A stretch of 64,000 nucleotides of DNA, from assembly GCA_951406725.2 (NCBI GenBank), contig OX597817.1:125922001-125986000 (forward strand), read 5' to 3'. The notes below the pieces were generated by a model. That model searched no databases. It saw only the letters and a list, made by a program, of their open reading frames with translations, and was not told the origin of the DNA. The position numbers and the translations under genes are program-made. This DNA is from Octopus vulgaris (Eukaryota). Shown piece by piece: positions 55,951-64,000 of this stretch; the stretch's first letter is position 1, and every line of letters starts with the position of its first letter.

Positions 55951-58900
55951 AGCGCATGCGTGCGAACACATTAGAATATTTTGCACACATATATGAAAGA
56001 TTAATGGTGAATCCGAAAGATGCTGCATAATAGTTTCATCTAATAATCCCATTAACAGTGAAAACAGTTTCTTCACTTTAACATAATAAACAACTTACAT
56101 ACACACATACATACAGACAAACATACATACATACAAACATACATACATACAAACGTACATACAAGTATACATGTATGTGTGAGAGTGTGTGCGCGCGCAC
56201 ACACGCACATACACCCATGTGTGCGTACTATGAAATATTTTGTGGCAATAGGGATGTCTGGAACATGAATTACATAAAGGGAAATCTAGAGCAAGATCAG
56301 ATGGGTGAGAATATTTGCTAGAAGAGAAATCATACAGGTTAAGTAACTTCGTAATATACAGTTACTTATAATGCAATAATTGTATGTTCAAAGTACATAA
56401 TACGAAATTACACTATATTAATTGAACTTAGTTGATTTTACTAAGTATATTTAGAGTAGATGCAATGGCCAATTTAGAGTAAAATACATGGTGATTATTT
56501 AACGCATACATGACATTTATAAACATTTATTTACATGTTTAATCCCATGCACCATCGTTAAAAAGAAACTAAAATACTTAGAGCACTTTTTTAGCTCTTC
56601 CCTAATTACTCGCTGCTTTTATCACATCTTTTTTATAAGACATTTGGCTTTTTTCGAGGATGAATGATGATGTACAAAGTACTTTACGTTGTGCTCGTGA
56701 ATAGTGGGATTAAAGGAAGGAATTCATCTCGAATCATAGTTTAAAGTGGGAAAAATTGTATGAAAACATCAAATTATCTTCATACAGCAGACTCATTCCG
56801 AATACTTGCAACAAAGTGAGTGTGCTAAAAGCAACCGTGAGTTAGTTGTGGGTATTGAACCAGATGATACATTAAGTCTAGCAGTTTTAAACAAGTCTAT
56901 TTCATCCGTAATGATTTGCAGTTTCATGAGACTTAATTTCACTTTTACAGCTTCAGTAGATGTCACACAGAGCCTTGCCTCAGTTTGAAGTTATAGAAAA
57001 CACTTGCTTAATTTTTATATAGTGTCAGCACAACTCTTTCTTCGGAGCTTAATTGTCTCACAACTTCACTCGTATCACTCCAACTGAACTTCGGTCTCTA
57101 GATTACCAGCTTATCTATTTGCATAAATATACAATTCTAAAACAGCATAGGCTCTCTTGACATGTTTCACGTCAATTAAACATATTTATCGAATGATGAT
57201 TTTCTTCTGGAAGAGAATTATTTGCTGATATGATTGACACTTCTATTCGCTTTTTAAAAATCTGTTTCTGTCCTGACTAATTTCCTATCGTTGATGTTGT
57301 TACAATTCTTGCTCTTGTGCTTGTTGCTAGAGTTCTTTTATATGTCTAACTTAATTCACTCACCGTCTTTCTTCATTTACGCTACTCATTGTACTCTTCT
57401 TTATATTCTTACCACAATCTTTCTCTCCCCATTACTCTTCCCTACACCTACAATATAAAATATGACTGCAAACTATAATATAAAATATGAAATCAGCCAA
57501 AACACACAAATAATGAGTTTCTGCCAATATATTTCTGCTCAGGAGAACTATGAATCTTAGATATTAAATTTGAAATGATGACAGAAACCACACAAGAAAT
57601 ACGCTTCCACGGTAATTATAAGTCGACTTGAAAGTGTATAGATACGTCCAAAGTGAACGTGAAAGATTCATAATTAATTCATACAAGAGGATTTGACATC
57701 TTATTATCTAAAACTAGTGTTATTAATGCATTTAACAAATAGTCTGTATTTTCACAATGAAGAGATATACAATGTAATATATTTAATTGTATATCTTGTC
57801 ATTGTTGATATAAATAGTGACTTCAACTTGTATATATATTCTGATACTTATTAATTTCGTAGATTGATTGGATGAATATCGAAGGGACTCCTAATGTGCA
57901 AGTGAAGAGTGGGGAAGGCGCTACGATAATGCTTTATAGCATGACTTGAAGACACTGGACAAGGTTGTGGTGTTAAATAAAATAATGAAATAGTCGCCAT
58001 TTTTCAAAGTAAATAGTTTCATTCATATCCTACCCGGCGGTTGAAGGTTCATTGCCATAGAAATAAACAACTGACCAAGATGCTGTGCAATGAGATCGAA
58101 CGGAGAATCACAGGAGTGTGAAATAAAATTGTGAAGAACTTGAATCTGGATTTAATATCATGAACATGCTTCTGTCTAGAGAAAATTCGGTGAAGCAGCC
58201 AAAGTCCTAAGTACATGACTATGTATGTTCTTATAAATGTGATGAAGTGACCGCTGTTTGCAAATAATTCAGTCAAGCAGAGAACGTCATAACTACATGA
58301 CTATGAATTCACTTATAAATGTAATGAACATGCCATTGTTTAGAAAAACTATTTCGGTAAAGATACAGAACAAATTTAGTAAACAAAAAGCAATACGTTC
58401 AGGAAACTACCATTTGTAAACGGTTGAGCTATACTACTGATGATGGTGATAATAAAGTGCATTTGTTTTTCAAACTATGGTGTTATACATGTTAGACAAT
58501 ATCCAGCTCTTTCTTGGTATCTTCCCACTTGGAATATGAAACTTCTTGATTTGTTTCACAGCATTACATCATCTACTTTCCAATAGATTTGAAATCTCAG
58601 TACGATTGGTATTGTTTCGTTAATGTAGGGTTAAATATATTATACGCAATATTCTAATGAATATACAGTCAAGAAAAAAAGCTATTAACCCTGTTTTGGT
58701 TTGCATTCTGTTTAGAGACACCATTTAAGAACCTTAGCTTTAAAGTACACCCACTGACAGAAATTGTGTTGTGATGGCAAACTGAATATATTTTATAACT
58801 CAGCATTTAATGCAATTAAAACAAAATCAAAATATAAAGGGTAAACCATTTGTCATTAAGTTAACAAAGTGAATCTACGTGATAGGACAGAGGGTGGTAG

Positions 58901-59464
58901 TGAGGTGATTCACCTACGGCGTCACGAATTTTGTTCCACATTCCTTGAGTGTATGAAGTAATACACTATCAACTGACATCTGAAAATTATATACAGCTTA
59001 AACCTATTTGTATCTGTACATATCATATAAAGTGTAGCCAAATATAAATGTGAATTTCACATTTTCGAAATATATTCTTATTCATTTCTTATATCTGTTT
59101 AAATATACGTAAAACATTTATTGGCTACTCTCTTCTTTTTTCCATTTTGATCAGAAAACTAAACACCACATGCATTAAGTAGAAGTAATATTGACTCAAA
59201 AACAGACAGCGAGGGACTCCCTTACATACATATATACCAATGTATAAATGATTGCATTAATAAAATCTATGATGCATATGGATGTAACTGTTTATCGATT
59301 CAAGTGACAGGATAAATGATCGACATATTTTTGCCTCAGCCGTGATGCAATTCTTTGTATATGACCAACGTACATATCTATAAGAGACTTGTCGCTTTAA
59401 AAATAAGCGGGAAAACGCTTACAATACTATACCAGTAAGAAATTATACTGTTATATATTGGTGT

Positions 59465-59800
59465 AGGCATGGCTTTGTGGGAAGAGGATCACTTCCCAAC
59501 CTTGTAGCTCCGTGTCCAGTATCACTACTTGTCATTGTGGGTAAGTGTTTTCTACCATACCTCCGAACACCAAATCCTTGCGAGGTGGGCCTGATAGACG
59601 GGAACAAAAAGAAGCTCTTTGTGTGTGTATGTGTCTGTGTGTGCGTGTGCGTGTGTACACACATCTGTGTCTGTGCTTGGGTGTATTTGATGTATTTGTG
59701 CTTGTATATATCCTTCATGACAGCCTAATAACCGGTTTTCGGTTTCCCTACATCCCTGTAACTTAGAGATTCGGAGAAAGAAACCGATAATACCTGCTTC
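59465..59800 (+). mobile_element. Degraded SINE family A
   Basis: GGCATGGCTTTGTGG..., GATAGACGGGAAC..AAGAAGC, GTAACTTAG..TTCGG. Confidence 0.6.
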
Positions 59801-59825
59801 TAATTCACATTTGAATATATATATA

Positions 59826-60635
59826 TACAGGGTTGGGAAGCAAAATTTACAATATTTTGAAGCAGGGATTGAAAGACAGAGTATGACCAATATGTTTATT
59901 GAAAATATTGAGAATTTATTTGCCACAAGACAATTTACATAATAGAAAATATTTTTATTCTATGTGCCCTCCTTCTTTCTCAATAACTGCCTTCACACAC
60001 TTCCTGAAATTTGCACAGGCGTTCCTCAAATATGCGGGACAAAACTTCTCTCATTCTTCTTTAATAGTACCTTTAAGAGAGTCGACATTGCTGTGTGATG
60101 TTCTATTGGTATGTTCTAAAGCGTTCTATTGGGATGTTCTATTGGATGTTCTAAAGCGCTCCAAATAGCATAATCCATAGGGTTTAGATCTGGGGTAGAA
60201 TGCGGCCATAAACATGATTCCCAAATATTGCTAAAGTTGGATTTGCAGAAAACTTGTATTTTTGTAGTTGTGTGGGCTGGATCACCATCCTGTGTCCATA
60301 CATATTTACCATCTGGGTAGTTTGCTTTAAGCCATGGCAATACCTGGTACCTCAGAGTCTTGTAGTAAGTATAAACATTGATCTTTTCATTAGCTTTGTA
60401 GAACTGTATAGGCATTTACTTTCCATCGGAAGCCACAACACCAAAAGCCATAACTTGAGCAGGATCTTTGTTTTGCATGTCCCCTTACCCTCAGCTGTTG
60501 GTTTTGCGATAAATCTGTCATTTCTGCTGTTCAGAACAGCATCGACAGTGAAGATCTATTTATCTGAAAAGATCGTTACAATGGAGGACTTTTCTTGAAA
60601 TGTAATAATTATAATTTTCTTTTACCTCTCTTTTA
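59826..60635 (-). mobile_element. maT/DD37D transposon 3' half with TIR, truncated at the satellite
   Basis: TIR TACAGGGTTGGGAAGCAAAAT after (TA)n; FSDK*IFTVDAVLNSRNDR, YVWTQDGDPAHT, WPHSTPDLNPMDYAIW. Confidence 0.88.
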
Positions 60636-60654
60636 ATAAAAATTATAAAAAACT

Positions 60655-63600
60655 CTTGGAAAATATTTTCAAAAATTTTGGGGGAAAATTTTCAAAAAAT
60701 TTTCAAATATCTTGATGAAAATTTTCAACAAATTTTCAAAATTTTGATGAAAAATTTTCAGTAAATTTCTAAAACTTTTGATGAAAATTTTCAGAAAATT
60801 TTCAAAAATCTTGATGAAAATTTTCAAAAAACTTTTCAAAAAACTTTTCAAAAAACTTTTCAAAATTATGATTAAAATAAACATTTTGACGAAAATTTTC
60901 AGAAGACTTTTCAAAAATCATCATGATGAAAATATTAAAAATATTTTCAAAAATTTGATGAAAAGTTTCAAAAAACTTTTCAAATATTTTCATGAAAATT
61001 TTCAAAACGTTTTCTAAAATTTTGATGTAAATTTTCAATAAACTTTCCAAAATTTTGATGAAAATTTTAACAAAATTTTTTCAAAAATCATGATGAAACT
61101 TTTCAAAATATTTTCCAAAATTTTGATGAAAAGTTTCAATCAAAACTTTCCCAAAATTTTGATGAAAAGTTTCAATAAACTTTCCAAAATTTTGATGAAA
61201 ATTTTCAGAAAGATTTTGAAAATTTTGATGAAAATTTTCAAAAACTTTGATGGAAATTTTCAATACAATTTTCAAAAATTTTGGTGACAATTTTCAAAAA
61301 ACTTTCCAAACTTATTTTTGAAAATATTTTTAAAATCTTACCAAAATTTTAATGAAAATTTTCAAAATCTTTTCAAATATTTTGATGAAAATTTTCAAAA
61401 AACTTTTCAAAAACCAAGATTAAATTTTCCTAAATATTTCCAAAAATTTTGATGAAAAGTCTCAAAAATCTTTTCAAATATTTTGATGAAAATTTTGAAA
61501 AATTTTCCAGAATTTTGAATTTTCAATAAACTTTCCAAAATTTTGATGAAAATTTTAACAAAACTTTTACAAAAATCATGATGAAACTTTTCAAAATATT
61601 TTCCAAAATTTTGATGAAAAGTTTAAAAAATCTTTTCAAACATTTTGATGAAAATTTTCAAAAAACTTTTCAAAAATGAGGATGAAAATTTTCAAAACTT
61701 TTTCCAAAATTTGGATGAAAATTTTCAGAAAGATTTTGAAAAATTTTGAGATAAACTTTCAAAAATTTTGATGGAAATTTTCAATAAAATTTCCAAAAAT
61801 TTTGATGAAAACTTTCAAAAACCTTTTCGAAAATATTGATGAAAATATTCAAAAATATTTCCAAAATTTTGAAAAATTTTTAGAAAGTTTTCAAAAATGT
61901 TGATGAAAATTTTCAAAAAATTTTCAAATTTGGTGACAATTTTCCAAAAAAAAATTCAAACATAATTTTGAAAGTATTTAAAAATCTTTCCAAAATTTTA
62001 ATGAAAATTTTCAAAAACTTTTCAAACATTTTGATGAAAATTTTCAAAAAACTTTTCAAAAATAATGATGAAAATTTTCAAAAATCTTTTCAAAAATCAT
62101 GATGAAAATATTCAAAATATTTTCAAACATTTTGATGAAAATTTTCAAAAAATTTTCAAATTCTCAAAACACTTTTTAAACATTTTGGTGACAATTTAAA
62201 AAAATGTTCAAACATATTTTTGAATATATTTAAAAATCTTTCCAAAATTTTAATGAAATTTTCAAAAACTTTTCAAACATTTTGATGAAAATTTTCAATG
62301 AATTATCAAAAATTTTGTTTTAAATTTTCAGTAAAATTTTCTAAAATTTTGGTGTAAATTTAAAAAAAACTTTTCAAAAATATTGATGGAAATATTCAAA
62401 AATCTTACCAAAATTTTGATGAAAATATTCAGAAAGTTTTCAAAAATATTGATGAAAAGTTTCAAAAACTTTTCAAACATTTTGATGAAAACTTTCAAAA
62501 AAATTTTTCAAAGATTTTGATGAAAATTTTCAAAATTCATTTCAAAAATATTGATGAAAATTTTCAAAAAAGTTTCCAAAATTTTAATGAAAATTTTCAA
62601 AAATTTTGATGAAAATTTTCAGAAAATATCAAAAATCTTGATGAAAATTCTCTAAAGATTTTCAGAAATTTTCCAAAGTTTTCAGAAAAATTTTTTCAAA
62701 AGCCTTTTCAAATATTTGATGAAAATTTTCAAAAAAACTATTCAAAAATCATGATGAAAATTTTCAAAATATTTTCAAAAATTCTGATGAAAAGTTTCAA
62801 AAAACTTTTCAAAAATTTTGATGAAAATTTTCAAAAATTTTCAAAATATTCTCCAAAATTTTGATGAAAAATTGTCAGAAAAGTTTTCAAAAATTTTGAT
62901 TTTTTCAGAAAAATTTCCAAAATTTTGATGAAAATTTTCAGAAAAATTTTCTCAACTTTTTCAAAAATTTTGATGAAAATTTAAAAAAAACTTTTCAAAC
63001 ATTTTGATAAAAATTTTCAGAAAATTTCCAAAACTATTGATTAAAATTTCAAAAATCTTGATGAATGTTTCGAAAAAATCTTGATGAATGTTTCGAAAAA
63101 ATATTGATGAAAATATTCAAAAATCTTTCAAAAATTTTGATCAAAATTTTCAATAAAATTTTCAAAAATTTTGGTGAAAATTTTGAGAAGACTTTTCAAA
63201 AAACTTTTTCTTTTTTTTTCTAGTTTCAGCTCAGAGCTGCGGCCATTTTGCACCGCCGTTTTGTGCTACACTGTTATTACGACGAACCTCGTCTAATATG
63301 TGGCACTTGTTGAAGAATGGTAGTTTGATATAGCTACTCTCATTTGCACCTCTTCCGATTCTCAAGCGTTGCGAATGTTTATTGGTTTATTGAGCAAAAA
63401 GATCTAAAGCTCCACGAAGCTCCGGCTGGGGGTGGTGGAACCCCCTTCTGTACAAATTACTCTTGACAGGAAGATGTCCAGCTTTGATTATAAAACCGCT
63501 ACATCCACTTTGTGCAAATTCCTCAGACTCTTTGGGAGATTAATAAAAAGCTGAGGGCCCTTGAAACCCAGGCTGTTGCAGAAGCTGGTCCTGAAGCATG

Positions 63601-63897
63601 ATGACATTGCTGGGATCTTTGGCACTATGCTGTGTCGTCCCGTTCTAGCATTGGTGTAGCTTACAATGCCAAAATTTGGCACAATTCTTTCCAGGATGAA
63701 AATATTCAAAAATCTTTCCAAAATTTTGATGAAAATTCAGAAAGTTTTCAAAAATTTTGATGAAAATTTTCAAAATATTTTCAAAACTTTTGATTAAAAT
63801 TTTCAAAGTACTTTTCAAAACTTTTCAAAAATCATGATGAAAATTTTCAAAATATTTTCAAAAATTTTGATGAAAATTTTCAAAAAACTTATCAAAC
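60655..63897. repeat. Degenerate AT-rich mini/satellite, ~33-34 bp unit (approx. AAAATTTTGATGAAAATTTTCAAAAAACTTTTC) built of ~11 bp A-tract/T-tract subunits
   Basis: GATGAAAATTTTC recurs every ~22 or ~33-34 bp over ~3.2 kb. Confidence 0.93.
63205..63698 (-). mobile_element. 5'-truncated CR1-clade LINE 3' end inserted in the satellite, itself containing a SINE B fragment (~63365-63452)
   Basis: ILERIVPNFGI...SLGFKGPQLFINLPKSLRNLHKVDV; tail GGCGGTGCAAAATGGCCGCAGCTCTGAGCTGAAACTAG followed by A-rich end. Confidence 0.85.
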
Positions 63898-64000
63898 ATC
63901 TCTCACATGTCCCCCCCAAAAAGCAGTTCACAAAAGCAGTCCACCAAAAATTAAAACCGAAATTAAATAAAGGAAAACAATATAAAAGAGAAGGTAAAAA

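Noticed and set aside
56700-57110. Possible L1/Tx1 endonuclease relic on the minus strand
   Set aside because: Only TEARLCV resembles a known motif; insufficient
60655-63897. CRISPR-like array or repetitive protein ORFs (KIFIKIF...)
   Set aside because: No unique spacers, no cas genes, eukaryotic context, short frames on both strands

Overview
AT-rich, repeat-saturated eukaryotic DNA. The SINE families and the dense (TA)n/(CA)n tracts suggest a cephalopod (Octopus-like) intronic or intergenic region; the taxon is my inference. I found no intact host protein-coding gene. Almost all listed ORFs are microsatellite read-throughs or decayed transposon frames. Recognisable content: decayed CR1-clade LINEs (largest ~44990-47700, APE+RT), a gag/ORF1 zinc-knuckle remnant, mariner DD34D and maT DD37D transposons, MITEs, a Helitron 3' end, three Penelope-like (PLE, GIY-YIG) remnants, several modular tRNA-derived SINE families, and a ~3.2 kb A4T4-phased satellite. 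The most interesting signal is a set of non-coding elements embedded in (TA)n tracts that carry minimal type I hammerhead ribozyme folds (10678-10753 minus, 11082-11168 minus, 24301-24388 plus; half-copies at 15191-15324 and ~11350-11428). They have terminal direct repeats or divergent inverted arms, which fits retrozyme-like or non-autonomous PLE elements. All coordinates were read by eye and may be off by a few bases.
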